This document shows positions 53,013 to 63,005 of a DNA stretch of 64,000 bases, piece after piece (within the stretch, counting starts at the first letter, position 1; every line of letters starts with the position of its first letter). The translations under genes and the position numbers were made by a program. The notes under the pieces were generated by a model. That model did not search any database. It saw only the letters and a list, made by a program, of their open reading frames with translations, and was not told where the DNA came from. The DNA comes from Flavobacteriales bacterium (GTDB lineage Bacteria; Bacteroidota; Bacteroidia; Flavobacteriales_D; Sanyastnellaceae): assembly GCA_002863145.1 (NCBI GenBank), contig PKDW01000164.1, forward strand, positions 25 to 64,024, in the 5' to 3' direction.

Positions 53013-53522
53013 ATGGAAAGACCCATCGTCAACCGTGTCGAAGAGAGTGGATTGATCCAATTGGATTTGGCGTCGTTGCTGACGCCGCCTCCAGTGGACG
53101 TGGTGGATTTGAGCACCTGGCTTGACCGAGGAATTCTACTTCGAGAACAACCCTTTCGAGACCACGTCAAAGCCTGGGATGCCAATGCACTCGGAGGTCA
53201 CATCGTTGCCCTGACGTGCAGCACCGAAGCCATCCTCCCCGATTGGGCATGGATGCTTGTCACCGCCAAACTCAATGCCCTCGGCGCCACGGCCTTGGTT
53301 GGAAGTATGGAGGACGCCCGCGCACACGCATGGCGGATGGCCGTCACCCAACTCAACCTGGACGATTATCGAGACCAACGCGTCATCGTCAAAGGATGCG
53401 CCACGGCTGGTGGTCCAGCCACCCTCGTGGCGTTCACCGCCCATGTCGGACCTGTGGTGCGCAGCTTGATGTTTGGAGAGGCCTGCAGCGCAGTGCCCCT
53501 CGTAAAGAACCCCCGTTCATGA
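53013..53522 (+). CDS. DUF2480 family protein
   Basis: The pattern IVNRV...LIQLDL...W...GILLREQPFRD...ALTCSTEAILPDWAWMLV...VIVKGC...MFGEACSAVPL matches my memory of flavobacterial DUF2480 proteins. Confidence 0.7.
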   Translation: MERPIVNRVEESGLIQLDLASLLTPPPVDVVDLSTWLDRGILLREQPFRDHVKAWDANALGGHIVALTCSTEAILPDWAWMLVTAKLNALGATALVGSMEDARAHAWRMAVTQLNLDDYRDQRVIVKGCATAGGPATLVAFTAHVGPVVRSLMFGEACSAVPLVKNPRS

Positions 53523-56341
53523 TCACCCCTCCCTCTGAGAAAAAGCTCTTTTTGGTGGATGCCTATGCGCTGATTTTCCGCGCGTATTATGCATTCATCA
53601 AGAACCCCCGCATCAACACCAAAGGCATGAACACGTCTGCGGTGTTTGGTTTCACCAACGCCTTGCTCGAGGTCATCCGTTCGGAACAACCCACGCACCT
53701 CGCCGTGGTGTTTGACCCTCCGGGACCCACCCTGCGGAACGAACAATTCGAAGACTACAAGGCCAACCGGGACGAGACCCCTGAAGACATCAAGCTCAGT
53801 GTGCCGTGGATTGTCAAAATCCTCGAAGGCATGCGGATTCCTGTGTTGCAAGCCCCGGGATTCGAAGCGGACGACTTGATTGGATGCCTCGCCAAGCGCG
53901 CCGAGAAGGAAGGGTTTGACGTCTTCATGATGACGCCAGACAAAGACTTTGCCCAACTTGTGACGGACAAGATTCAGATGTTCCGACCCGGCCGTGGGGG
54001 CAATCCCGCAAGCGTGTGGGGTCCTGAAGAAGTGCGCGAGCGCTACGGCCTGGAAGACCCCAAGCAGGTCATCGATTTGCTGGGGTTGATGGGCGATTCG
54101 GCGGACAACATCCCTGGCATACCTGGTGTGGGGGAAAAAACCGCCATCAAGTTCCTGCAGGCCTACGGTTCGATGGAAGGCCTGTATGAGCACGTTCACG
54201 AGCTCAAAGGGAAGATGAAAGAGAAGGTCGAGGCGAACCGCGAGATGGCGTTTCTCAGCAGGGAATTGGCCACCATTGTCTTGGACATCGACTTTGACGA
54301 GGACTTTCCCGCCATGGCACTGGAGCCGGCCAACGTAGAAATGCTTGCGCCCGTCCTGGAGGAATTGGAGTTCCGCACCCTGTCTCGCCGGATCCTCGGC
54401 GACGTCTCCCCAAGCGCAGCTGCACCCGGCGCTTCGGCGAACCCGGCGCCACGTCCGGCTTCCAACAGCCAGGACAGCGAGGGGCAATTGAGCATGTTTG
54501 ATGCCGCCATGGACGTGGCTCCTGCCATCTCCACCCTCGCCGCGCTCGACGCCGACAAGGTGAAATACGACTTGGTTGACGCCGCCGCCGGCATGAAGGC
54601 GTTGGTGAAGACCCTCACCCAAACCAAACGCTTTGCCTTTGACACGGAAACGTCAGGGCTGAATGCCATGGAGGCGTCTTTGGTGGGGATGTCTTTCAGT
54701 GCAGAAGCCCACACGGGCAGTTACGTTCCTGTCAACCCCGACACGTGGCCTGCAATCCGGGACATCTTTAAGCCCTTGCTCGAAGACCCCAAGCTCACCA
54801 TCGTGGGCCAAAACTTGAAGTACGACGGCAAAATCATGGCGCGTCACGGCGTGGACCTCTCCCAAGCCAACCTGGAAGACACCATGGTCGCCCACTACCT
54901 GCTCGAGCCCGACCAGCCCCACGGCATGGATGCCTTGGCACAGGCCTTCTTGGATTACCAATGCATTCCCATCACGGACCTGCTCGGAAAAAAAGGCAAG
55001 AACCAAAAGTCCATGGCCGACATTCCACCCGCCGAGGTGGTGAATTACGCCTGCGAAGACGCCGACATCACGCTGCAACTGGCCGACGTGCTGATCCCCA
55101 AGCTCAAAGAAGAAGGTCTCACCGCCTTGTTTCGCGATGTGGAGATGCCTTTGCTCTCCGTGCTCATGGACATGGAATTGGAAGGTGTGGCACTCGACAC
55201 CGCGCATTTGGCCCAGTTCAGTGACACGCTTGCCCAAGAATTGGATGCCTTGCTGCAATCCATTCAAGGGCACGCCGGTGTGCCGTTCAACGTGGACTCG
55301 CCCAAGCAGTTGGGGGATGTGCTGTTTGAGCATCTCGAGATTCCCGCCAAGGTCAAAAAGACCAAGACCGGTCAATACCCCACCGGCGAAGCCGTCCTCA
55401 GCAAACTCAAGGACAAGCATCCCATCGTGGGCGAGGTGTTGGAGTACCGGAAGCTGAAAAAACTCCGGTCCACCTACGTCGAGCCGCTCCCCTCACTCCT
55501 TCATCCGGAGACGGGACGCGTTCACACCACGTACATGCAGGTGGTGGCGGCGACGGGGCGTTTGAGCAGCAAGGACCCCAACCTGCAAAACATCCCCATC
55601 CGAACCGCACAAGGTCGAGAAATCCGCAAGGCCTTTGTGCCTCGCAGTGCCAACCACGTCCTGGTGGCGGCGGATTACAGCCAAGTGGAGTTGCGCATCG
55701 CCGCAGCCATGAGCGAAGAACAGGGGCTCATCGAAGCCTTCCAGAAGGGGGAAGACATCCATGCCGCCACGGCCGCCAAGGTGTTTGGTGTCCCGTTGAA
55801 CGACGTGTCGCGTGAGCAGCGCAGCCAAGCCAAGGCCGTGAACTTTGGCATTTTGTATGGGCAAGGGGCGTTTGGATTGGCGGAGAATTTGGGCATCTCA
55901 CGGAAAGAAGCCAAAGCCATCATCGAAGCCTACCACAGCCAGTTTTCTGGCCTCGAAGCCTTCACCCAAACATGCGTAGCCCAAGCCCGAGAAGCGGGAT
56001 ACGCGACCACTTTGCTGGGCCGCCGTCGCCCCCTGCCCGACATCCACAGCAACAACGCCGTGGTTCGGGCCTTTGCGGAACGAAATGCCGTCAACACCCC
56101 AATCCAAGGCTCGGCTGCCGACATCATCAAAGTGGCCATGATCGAGGTTGCCGGGGAGATGAAAGGCATGGAAAGCAAGCTGATCATGCAGGTGCACGAT
56201 GAACTCGTGGTGGACGCCGTGGAGTCTGAATTGGACGACGTGAAAGCCCTGCTGGTGCGGTGCATGGAGCGGGCTGTCAAGCTCTCGGTCCCCCTCGAGG
56301 TGGAGGTCTCTCACGGCCAAACTTGGCTCGAGGCACACTGA
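53519..56341 (+). CDS. polA: DNA polymerase I
   Basis: The start MITPPSEKKLFLVDAYALIFRAYYAF overlaps the upstream stop (ATGA). It has a 5'-3' exonuclease domain, a 3'-5' exo-like domain, and polymerase motifs DYSQVELRI and QVHDELV. The track start at 53216 is a false extension. Confidence 0.95.
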   Translation: MITPPSEKKLFLVDAYALIFRAYYAFIKNPRINTKGMNTSAVFGFTNALLEVIRSEQPTHLAVVFDPPGPTLRNEQFEDYKANRDETPEDIKLSVPWIVKILEGMRIPVLQAPGFEADDLIGCLAKRAEKEGFDVFMMTPDKDFAQLVTDKIQMFRPGRGGNPASVWGPEEVRERYGLEDPKQVIDLLGLMGDSADNIPGIPGVGEKTAIKFLQAYGSMEGLYEHVHELKGKMKEKVEANREMAFLSRELATIVLDIDFDEDFPAMALEPANVEMLAPVLEELEFRTLSRRILGDVSPSAAAPGASANPAPRPASNSQDSEGQLSMFDAAMDVAPAISTLAALDADKVKYDLVDAAAGMKALVKTLTQTKRFAFDTETSGLNAMEASLVGMSFSAEAHTGSYVPVNPDTWPAIRDIFKPLLEDPKLTIVGQNLKYDGKIMARHGVDLSQANLEDTMVAHYLLEPDQPHGMDALAQAFLDYQCIPITDLLGKKGKNQKSMADIPPAEVVNYACEDADITLQLADVLIPKLKEEGLTALFRDVEMPLLSVLMDMELEGVALDTAHLAQFSDTLAQELDALLQSIQGHAGVPFNVDSPKQLGDVLFEHLEIPAKVKKTKTGQYPTGEAVLSKLKDKHPIVGEVLEYRKLKKLRSTYVEPLPSLLHPETGRVHTTYMQVVAATGRLSSKDPNLQNIPIRTAQGREIRKAFVPRSANHVLVAADYSQVELRIAAAMSEEQGLIEAFQKGEDIHAATAAKVFGVPLNDVSREQRSQAKAVNFGILYGQGAFGLAENLGISRKEAKAIIEAYHSQFSGLEAFTQTCVAQAREAGYATTLLGRRRPLPDIHSNNAVVRAFAERNAVNTPIQGSAADIIKVAMIEVAGEMKGMESKLIMQVHDELVVDAVESELDDVKALLVRCMERAVKLSVPLEVEVSHGQTWLEAH

Positions 56342-56444
56342 CCTTTTGGGTGTTGTCGGTACACAACCCGACGTGCAGAACTTTTCAGGGGGATCATGCG
56401 TATGCTGGGGAAGCACTCCCAAATTCGTACCAATCCCTACACGC

Positions 56445-57329
56445 ATGAAGAAGCTTCGCAATTCCTTGTTTCTCAGCCTCGCCGCCGGCATGTTCGTCTT
56501 GGCGGGCTGTGGTGGACCTCAGGGGCCAACCACCTCAGGAGACTCCCTGTCAGAAGGTGCGTCCGTAACGCAACGGACCAAGCGCCTCAAAAAGATTTTC
56601 CGTGCCGCCCCCACCCCAATGGAGACGGCCCGCATCGTTCAACGTACTGGCACATCCTTCTCTTTGGACCACCTCCACTCGGCCATGTCTGCCTCCAACT
56701 ACGTGACGGCGGACCGGCAAGCAGTGAACTTGGGCGTTTACGGCGCAGATCTTAGCTACGCCACCATTTTTGAAGAGAACGCCGTGTCCTTGACCTACCT
56801 CGAGGTGGTCAAAAGCCTGGCACGTGACCTCGGTGTGGGTGACGTCATCGGAGACGACATGCTCGAACGCGCCGAAGCCAACCGCGCTCGCCAAGATTCC
56901 TTGGTGGCCATTGTCTCTGAGGCCTTTTTCAACTTGAACGAGCGCCTCAAGTCCAACGGTCAAGAAGACCTAAGCGGCATGGTGGTCGCAGCCGGTTGGT
57001 TGGAAAGCCTCTACCTCGCCACACGCCACACCGACAGCGCCAATGAAGAGCTCCGGACGCGCATCGCCGAGCAGAAACTCGTCATGGAAGACGTCATCGA
57101 CCTGGTGAACAGCTACGGGCAATCTCCCGGTCTGACCACGGTCATCCAAACCCTCGAGCCCGTTGTGGCTGCATTTGATGCCGTCACCCGAGAGGAGGCG
57201 AGCAGCGACATCAGCAAGAGCGGAAGCGCCATCATCATTGGCGGCGGACCTCGCTACACGGCGAGTGAAGAAGTTTTGGCCCAAATCACCGAAGCGGTAA
57301 CCACCGCACGTAACCAACTTGTGAAATGA
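56445..57329 (+). CDS. Hypothetical lipoprotein
   Basis: MKKLRNSLFLSLAAGMFVLAGCGG is a signal peptide plus lipobox. The body is helical. No family recognised. Confidence 0.6.
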   Translation: MKKLRNSLFLSLAAGMFVLAGCGGPQGPTTSGDSLSEGASVTQRTKRLKKIFRAAPTPMETARIVQRTGTSFSLDHLHSAMSASNYVTADRQAVNLGVYGADLSYATIFEENAVSLTYLEVVKSLARDLGVGDVIGDDMLERAEANRARQDSLVAIVSEAFFNLNERLKSNGQEDLSGMVVAAGWLESLYLATRHTDSANEELRTRIAEQKLVMEDVIDLVNSYGQSPGLTTVIQTLEPVVAAFDAVTREEASSDISKSGSAIIIGGGPRYTASEEVLAQITEAVTTARNQLVK

Positions 57330-57763
57330 GCGTAAAGTCCATCAACATGAAGCAAACCACTCTCCTGCTCGCCTTGGTGACCCTCTTCGCTGCACAAGCC
57401 AACGCGCAGTGCCGCAACTTCACCAAAAAGAACTGCCTCCCTCTCTTGGAAGGCTACGTCCAAAACGACAACTACAACTCCGCGGTCCTCATCCCTGGAG
57501 ATGAAGCAGAACTCGAACTGACCTTCCTTGGAGGCAGCGACTACCGTGTGGCCATTTGTGCCCACCCCGTGCTCGGCGCGGTGGAATTCGACGTGGTCGA
57601 CGAACAGAACATCCGGATTTGGAGCAACTCTGACGGGTCCGACCACTTGGACTTCCGGATGGAGAACGCCCAACGACTTCGTTTTCGTGTCAAGGTGCCT
57701 GACACCGATGCCGCCATCTTGCATGAAGGCTGTGTGTCCATTGTGATTGGAAGCAAAGAATGA
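57326..57763 (+). CDS. Secreted hypothetical protein
   Basis: ATGA overlap with the upstream stop. Signal (M)KQTTLLLALVTLFAAQANAQ. A strong terminator follows. Confidence 0.55.
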   Translation: MSVKSINMKQTTLLLALVTLFAAQANAQCRNFTKKNCLPLLEGYVQNDNYNSAVLIPGDEAELELTFLGGSDYRVAICAHPVLGAVEFDVVDEQNIRIWSNSDGSDHLDFRMENAQRLRFRVKVPDTDAAILHEGCVSIVIGSKE

Positions 57764-57793
57764 CCCTTCCCTCCTAACCTGCTGGAAGAACAG

Positions 57794-57822
57794 AGAAAGC
57801 CCGCCGTTTGGCGGGCTTTTTT
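57794..57822. terminator. Bidirectional rho-independent terminator between convergent genes
   Basis: AGAAA-GCCCGCC-gttt-GGCGGGC-TTTTTT. Confidence 0.8.
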
Positions 57823-57840
57823 GCGTCTTTTCGAGGGTGC

Positions 57841-59958
57841 TTACTGAATGACCCAGCGCCAAGTGCGCTGCGCCCCTCCTGCCGTTGTCAGGCGAAGCAG
57901 ATACACCCCCGGAGTCTCTGGAGCGTCGACTTGCCAATCGTGACTTCCCGCTGACAGGGTCTGGGGGGTGGAAAAGAGCAGCCGACCAGACGCGTCCTGA
58001 AGGGTCAATTCGGCCACGCCACCCTCCCGGGTTTGGAAGGAAATGACCGACGACATGGCCGCGGGGTTGGGCGCCAGCGTCCACGACTTGGTCAATCCGT
58101 TCATGGCTTCCGCCACATCGGTGTTGCCAAATCCTTGAACGTTGATGTCGTCGAGGAAAATGTTGTTGCCCAGGCGGCTTTCAAACTCAAATTGAACGCG
58201 GAAGAATTCCGTGAGGTACTCCTCATTGTCGAGCACGATGGTGTACTCGTTCCACTCTTCAGACCCAGAAGGTGTCCAAGGGAACGGTGTGGGGTCTGCG
58301 GAAGGCAGATCCGTGAATCCGCGGTGCATCCGACGGAGGTCCCAATCGTTGCCGCAATCGCCCGTCACACTGATGCGCAACCGGTCGTCCGTCTCAGAGG
58401 CTTCTGAGGTACCCTTGTGCACGTAAGCCCACTTGTAATTCACGTGGATCTCGGTCATGCCACTCATGTCCATGGTGGCGGTGCGGAGGAAATCGTCGTT
58501 GAACTCCACGTTGTTCCCCCAGTTCTCGATGAACATGCAGCGCGAGCCGGTGGCGGCCGCATCGTCGGTCAACTCCCACGAGCCATCGCTCAGCGGGTCT
58601 TCAATGAACCATTGGTTACTCGGGAATTCGCCGGCCTCAAAGCCTTGGCTCAAGGGCAAGTCCATTTCACCTGCGTCCATGACGTACACGGCTTCCGAGA
58701 CCGTGCCGACCACCTCGTCCGTGCCGTTGCCGACCGTCAAAGTCACGTCGTACAAGCCCGCCTCCGTGTAGATGTGGTACAGCTCTTGCACGCCATCTCC
58801 TGCAGCGCCAGCCGTGACCGTGCCATCTCCAAAGTTCCAAGACCAGCTGGTCGGACTGTGGTAGCTCTGGTCTGTGAATTTGACGCTGTCTCCCACACAG
58901 ATGAGGCGTCGGTCCAAGTCAAAGGTGGCCTCACACAAGATGTCTTCGCCAAGCACGCCTGTGGCCTGAAGGTTGGCCGCCGTGGACAGCTGGTTGCGCT
59001 GGGCCACAGAGGACAGGGCTGCGGTGCGCATGCGGTCCTTTTGGCCTTGGGTAAACATGCGACCGCAGTAGCTGTAGTCCATGTAATTCTGCACATTGTC
59101 CAAAGAGCCACACGTCACACCGTACAGGTTCCCGCAATTGGTCCACCCAATCGTGTTGGGGGTGTCAGACACGTTGTCGTCCTCGTCGCAGTTGTCCGCA
59201 AGACCAGGGTTGTTGCTGTTGCCCCAAGGGTGACGGAGGTTGAGCCAGTGGCCCACCTCGTGGGTCAAGGTTCGCGAACGGTACAAGTTGGCGGTGCCGA
59301 TGGACCCGCAGTAGGTGTGCTGCAAGACGATGCCGTCTTGGTCGGCATTTTGGTTGCCGTTCACCGAACCGGGGTAAAGCGCATAGCCCGCGGCACCCGC
59401 CGCGTATTCGCACACCCACACATTGAGGTATTTGTTGCGTGGCCATTGGATGAGTTCCTTCATCTCAGAGTCTCCGACGTACGTCAATTCACTGACGATG
59501 CGGTTGATTCCAGGGTGGCAGTTGCCGTTGGGATCGCGCTGGGCCAAACGGAACTCGATTTCAATGTCCGCTACGATGTTCTCGAACTCGGGAATGACTT
59601 CATCGATGTTGGCGTTGAGGGCGCGAAAGTTGGTGTTCAAGACATCCACCGCGTCTTGAACCTGGGCCGAGGAAATGTTCTCAGGACCATTGAAGTGAAT
59701 GACGTGAAAGACAATGGGGATGATCAACACCTCTTCCCGTTGGGCTGCCGTTACGCCTTGCTGCGTTTCAAGCTCAAGCGCACGTGTGGCTTCGATGGCG
59801 GCGCTGCGCGTCTCAGGCCGACGCAAAAACAACATCTCTTCGGCATGATTCAAGCCACAAGGCGTGACACCGTTGTGGGTGTGCGTTTGGGCAATGAAAG
59901 ACGCGGACAACAAACTCAGGAGCAACGTAAGCGTCCAAGGGCGGAGAGAGGGTGTCAT
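57841..59958 (-). CDS. Secreted zinc metalloprotease, M43 (pappalysin/cytophagalysin-like), with a PKD domain and a T9SS C-terminal domain
   Basis: Zinc motif HEVGHWLNLRHPWG. PKD: WSWNFGDGTVTAG..GLYDVTLTV. CTD: WTLAPNPAAMSSVISF...GVYLLRLTTAGGAQRTWRWVIQ. Confidence 0.85.
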   Translation of the reverse strand: MTPSLRPWTLTLLLSLLSASFIAQTHTHNGVTPCGLNHAEEMLFLRRPETRSAAIEATRALELETQQGVTAAQREEVLIIPIVFHVIHFNGPENISSAQVQDAVDVLNTNFRALNANIDEVIPEFENIVADIEIEFRLAQRDPNGNCHPGINRIVSELTYVGDSEMKELIQWPRNKYLNVWVCEYAAGAAGYALYPGSVNGNQNADQDGIVLQHTYCGSIGTANLYRSRTLTHEVGHWLNLRHPWGNSNNPGLADNCDEDDNVSDTPNTIGWTNCGNLYGVTCGSLDNVQNYMDYSYCGRMFTQGQKDRMRTAALSSVAQRNQLSTAANLQATGVLGEDILCEATFDLDRRLICVGDSVKFTDQSYHSPTSWSWNFGDGTVTAGAAGDGVQELYHIYTEAGLYDVTLTVGNGTDEVVGTVSEAVYVMDAGEMDLPLSQGFEAGEFPSNQWFIEDPLSDGSWELTDDAAATGSRCMFIENWGNNVEFNDDFLRTATMDMSGMTEIHVNYKWAYVHKGTSEASETDDRLRISVTGDCGNDWDLRRMHRGFTDLPSADPTPFPWTPSGSEEWNEYTIVLDNEEYLTEFFRVQFEFESRLGNNIFLDDINVQGFGNTDVAEAMNGLTKSWTLAPNPAAMSSVISFQTREGGVAELTLQDASGRLLFSTPQTLSAGSHDWQVDAPETPGVYLLRLTTAGGAQRTWRWVIQ

Positions 59959-60045
59959 GGATTCGCAGAATCAATCAGGTTTGCAGGGACGGCAAGATAC
60001 ATCCTTCCCTTCTGAAACCTGAATCGGTGACGTTGGGTTGCGTGC

Positions 60046-60522
60046 TCAGGGACGCGAGGTGCCACGGTGGGCCTCCAGCCTCAGTCCAATGTTGGCCACA
60101 GACGGCAACGGATCTTGACGCATGCCGTGCTTCACTTCGAGGCCGTAGCGGCCCTTCAAGGGAAATTGAACCCCTTGATTCAACATGAAACGCTGGTCCA
60201 CCAAGTCCCCAAACCCACTGCCGCGCCAGCGCCCACGCTCGTCGGCCAAGGTGCATTCCACAGTGTCCACGCGCGATTTCCCGTTGGGAAAACGGTAGGT
60301 CAAGAAGACGAAGAGGTTAGAGTAGGGAAAAGTTTGGCTGTGACGGACGTCAAGAAGGACGTCGTGGCGTTGAAGGGTGTCTTGGATGTCCCAAAGAAAC
60401 ACGGCGCTTTCCGCGCTCTCCCATCCCGACAGTTCGATGTCTCGGGTCTCGGCCAACAACGGGGGCTCGCTGCATCCACAGATGGCCACGGGGCACACCG
60501 CAGCCGCCAACCAAAGCCTCAC
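60046..60522 (-). CDS. gldH: Gliding-motility/T9SS-associated lipoprotein GldH
   Basis: Lipobox AICGCS. GldH-like blocks W......F.W, FPYSNLFVFLTYRFPNG, RGRWRGSGFGD and GRYGLEVKHGMRQDPLPSVANIGLRLE. GTG start overlapping the PSP1 gene stop. Confidence 0.7.
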   Translation of the reverse strand: MRLWLAAAVCPVAICGCSEPPLLAETRDIELSGWESAESAVFLWDIQDTLQRHDVLLDVRHSQTFPYSNLFVFLTYRFPNGKSRVDTVECTLADERGRWRGSGFGDLVDQRFMLNQGVQFPLKGRYGLEVKHGMRQDPLPSVANIGLRLEAHRGTSRP

Positions 60523-61832
60523 GACTCCGAAGGTTTGTTGCCGCCTTTGGAGCCTTGTCCGCCTCGACGGCGTCGGTTGCCTCGGCCTCGACTCGGCTTA
60601 GAGCCCTCGGACTTCCCTCCCTCAGAGGCTGACCCTTTGGGGGAGCGCTGGCCGCCTTGGCCACGCTTTCCACCCTGAGCGGAGGCTTTGTTTCCACCGG
60701 GCTTGCCCCGGCGCTTGTTTCTGCGACGCTTGCGCTTGGCCTCGTCAAAACGCGTCAGGCTTTCCTGGCCCACCACATTGCCGAAGCTTGAATCCACTTC
60801 TTCGGGTTCTTCCTCCAGTTCGTATGACGCAAGTGAGCCCACGACATCCCCTTTGGCTGAAGCGGCAATCAACTCGTTGGCGTCTTCGACATTCATGGCG
60901 ATGGGTGACGCGCCGGGCTCCCCCAACTGCAGGAAATAGACAAGGCGCTTGAAGATGTCCATCTTGAACACCACCGCCTTGCCCTTTGGCGTGCGAATTT
61001 TGGCGTTGGGTGACGGGAATTCCTTGACCGCCTCCACATATTGATCAAGCTCAAAATTCAGACAGCACTTCAGCTTCCCGCATTGGCCGGCAAGTTTGCC
61101 GGGATTCAGCGAGAGCTGCTGGTAGCGTGCTGCACCTGTGCTGACGGAACGGAAGTCTTTTAACCAAGATGTGCAGCACAATTCGCGACCGCACACACCG
61201 ATGCCGCCAATGCGCGCCGCTTCTTGGCGGGCTCCGATTTGGCGCATGTCGATGCGGATGTCGAAGGTGCTGGCCAATTCCCGGACCAAGTCTCGGAAAT
61301 CGACCCGTTGCTCTGCCGTGTAGTAGAACGTGGCACGGGCGTTGTCTCCTTGGAACTCAACGTCTGTCAGCTTCATGCTGATGCCGAGCTTTCGAATGAT
61401 CTGGCGTGCCTCACGAAGGGTGTCTTCCTCGCGTTGGCGGGCGGTGTGCCAAAGCACCAAATCGTCTTGATTGGCCTTTCGGTCAATGCGCTTGAGCTCG
61501 TGGTCGTCTTTGATCTTGCGGAGCTTCAACTGGCTTTTCACCAACTCCCCCGTCAAACTCACCACCCCGACATCATGACCGGGCTGGAGGTCCACCACGA
61601 CCACGTCACCCACATGGACGGTTATAGCGTTGGGACGACGAACGTATTGCTTGCGGTTGTTCTTGAACCGCAATTCCACCACATCGTAAGGCGACGAGCC
61701 GTCTGGGAGGGGGATGCCTTCAAGCCAGTCAAACACAGTCATCGAGCCGCATCCACACGTGCCACAACGTCCGTTGTTCTTACATCCTCTGGGCAGACCA
61801 TCTGCCCCCTTGCTGCACGTTGCGCATCCCAT
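60519..61832 (-). CDS. PSP1 domain protein (RicT/YaaT-like) with a long basic Gly/Arg/Lys-rich C-terminal tail
   Basis: N-terminal Cys cluster MGCATCSKG..CKNNGRCGTCGCG, a PSP1 core (ARQEAARIGGIGVCGRELCCTSWL, CGKLKCCLNFE) and a ~90-aa tail KRKRRRNKRRGKPGGNK...RGRGNRRRRGGQGSKGGNK. Confidence 0.85.
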   Translation of the reverse strand: MGCATCSKGADGLPRGCKNNGRCGTCGCGSMTVFDWLEGIPLPDGSSPYDVVELRFKNNRKQYVRRPNAITVHVGDVVVVDLQPGHDVGVVSLTGELVKSQLKLRKIKDDHELKRIDRKANQDDLVLWHTARQREEDTLREARQIIRKLGISMKLTDVEFQGDNARATFYYTAEQRVDFRDLVRELASTFDIRIDMRQIGARQEAARIGGIGVCGRELCCTSWLKDFRSVSTGAARYQQLSLNPGKLAGQCGKLKCCLNFELDQYVEAVKEFPSPNAKIRTPKGKAVVFKMDIFKRLVYFLQLGEPGASPIAMNVEDANELIAASAKGDVVGSLASYELEEEPEEVDSSFGNVVGQESLTRFDEAKRKRRRNKRRGKPGGNKASAQGGKRGQGGQRSPKGSASEGGKSEGSKPSRGRGNRRRRGGQGSKGGNKPSES

Positions 61833-61855
61833 GGTCCGAAGGTAAGACTGGAAGT

Positions 61856-62992
61856 TCAATCCACACTCGCCGGCAGGCGCAACAATCGGTGAACGCGGAG
61901 ACTCAAATCGACAAACACCAGTTTGCCGTTCACGTTCCCTGCAACATCGCTGTGCGCCTCTTCCAACGCCTCTCGAAGCGCCAGCACGTTGTCATGGTGA
62001 ATGAACTTGCTGAACTTGGTGAGGAAAGCACCTTCGGCAGGCGTCAAACGCACGAGTTCCTTTGCGCCGTAGTGGCCCACAATGCTTTGGCGGACCAGGT
62101 GCAAGGCGTAGTGAAGAAAACGCTTTTGGCCTTCTCGGCCCAACGACGCAAACGATTCGGACCCCTCCACCATGGCGCGGCCATCACGGGCCCAACAAGA
62201 CCGCATCCATGCGGAGAAGCGCTCGAGGTCAGGCTGATCCTGCCCAGCTTTCGCCATGCGCAAGGCCTGGGCCAAATTGCCCTCCGAAACATGGGCCAAA
62301 CTCGCGGCCATGTCCGCATCCACACCCCACCGTTGTACGAGTCCCTGTGCCGCTTCTTCAGGACGCAGGTTGGGCACCTGGATGCGCTGGACGCGTGACC
62401 GGATGGTGGCCAACAACCGATCGGAGTGCTGGGTCACGAAGAGCATGACTGTGCGGTCTGTGGGCTCCTCCATGAGCTTGAGAAACTTGTTGGCGGTGTC
62501 GACACGCATGGTCTCAGGAAGCCAGCAAATCCAAACCTTCCACCCTCCGTGAAAGGCCTTCAAGCCCAGTTTGCGATTCACCTCAAGCGCCTCGTCGACG
62601 GAAATGAACAGCTGTTTGCGGTCCGCACCCAAACGGTCGAGCCAATCTTCCACGCCGAGGTAAGGACCTTCGAGCATGGCCTCGCGCCACGTGCCTTGGT
62701 GTGGCTCTGACGTGGCCTTTTCTTGGCCGTCGGCCTTGAAAAATGGGAAGCACCAGTGGAGGTCGGGATGCTGCATTTTGGCGTGGGCCTTGCACGAAGT
62801 GCATTCTCCGCAGCTGTCCGCTTCCGTGGGCTGCTCACAGGTCAAATACTGGGCGTGTGCCCGGGCCAAAGCCAAGGCTCCCGCGCCTTCTTGTCCCTCG
62901 AACAACTGGGCATGTGCCACGCGGCCGGAGCGCACGGACTCTCGCAGTTTGGCGCCCAGCGCCTCGTGGCCAACAACCTCCGCGTACAGCAT
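61856..62992 (-). CDS. holB: DNA polymerase III subunit delta-prime
   Basis: VVGHEALGAKL..GRVAHAQLFEGQEGAGALALA, Zn module CGECTSCK and the SRVQRIQV sensor motif. Start M26 (62992), downstream of the TonB-receptor stop. Confidence 0.85.
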   Translation of the reverse strand: MLYAEVVGHEALGAKLRESVRSGRVAHAQLFEGQEGAGALALARAHAQYLTCEQPTEADSCGECTSCKAHAKMQHPDLHWCFPFFKADGQEKATSEPHQGTWREAMLEGPYLGVEDWLDRLGADRKQLFISVDEALEVNRKLGLKAFHGGWKVWICWLPETMRVDTANKFLKLMEEPTDRTVMLFVTQHSDRLLATIRSRVQRIQVPNLRPEEAAQGLVQRWGVDADMAASLAHVSEGNLAQALRMAKAGQDQPDLERFSAWMRSCWARDGRAMVEGSESFASLGREGQKRFLHYALHLVRQSIVGHYGAKELVRLTPAEGAFLTKFSKFIHHDNVLALREALEEAHSDVAGNVNGKLVFVDLSLRVHRLLRLPASVD

Positions 62993-63005
62993 GCCTCGAA
63001 GGTAC

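Noticed and set aside
53216-53518. ORF-track N-terminal extensions: polA from 53216, 10838-12472, 15949-17637, 20546-21589, 44661-46085, 32640-34805, 8625-9755, 38572-39384 and 56346-57329
   Set aside because: In each case an internal ATG gives a canonical N-terminus (a signal peptide or a conserved family start). In each case the extension also overlaps the upstream gene or regulatory DNA.
58417-60015. 532-aa plus-strand ORF
   Set aside because: It is antisense to the M43 metalloprotease gene. The composition is Val/Arg/Gly/His-rich and no motifs are present.
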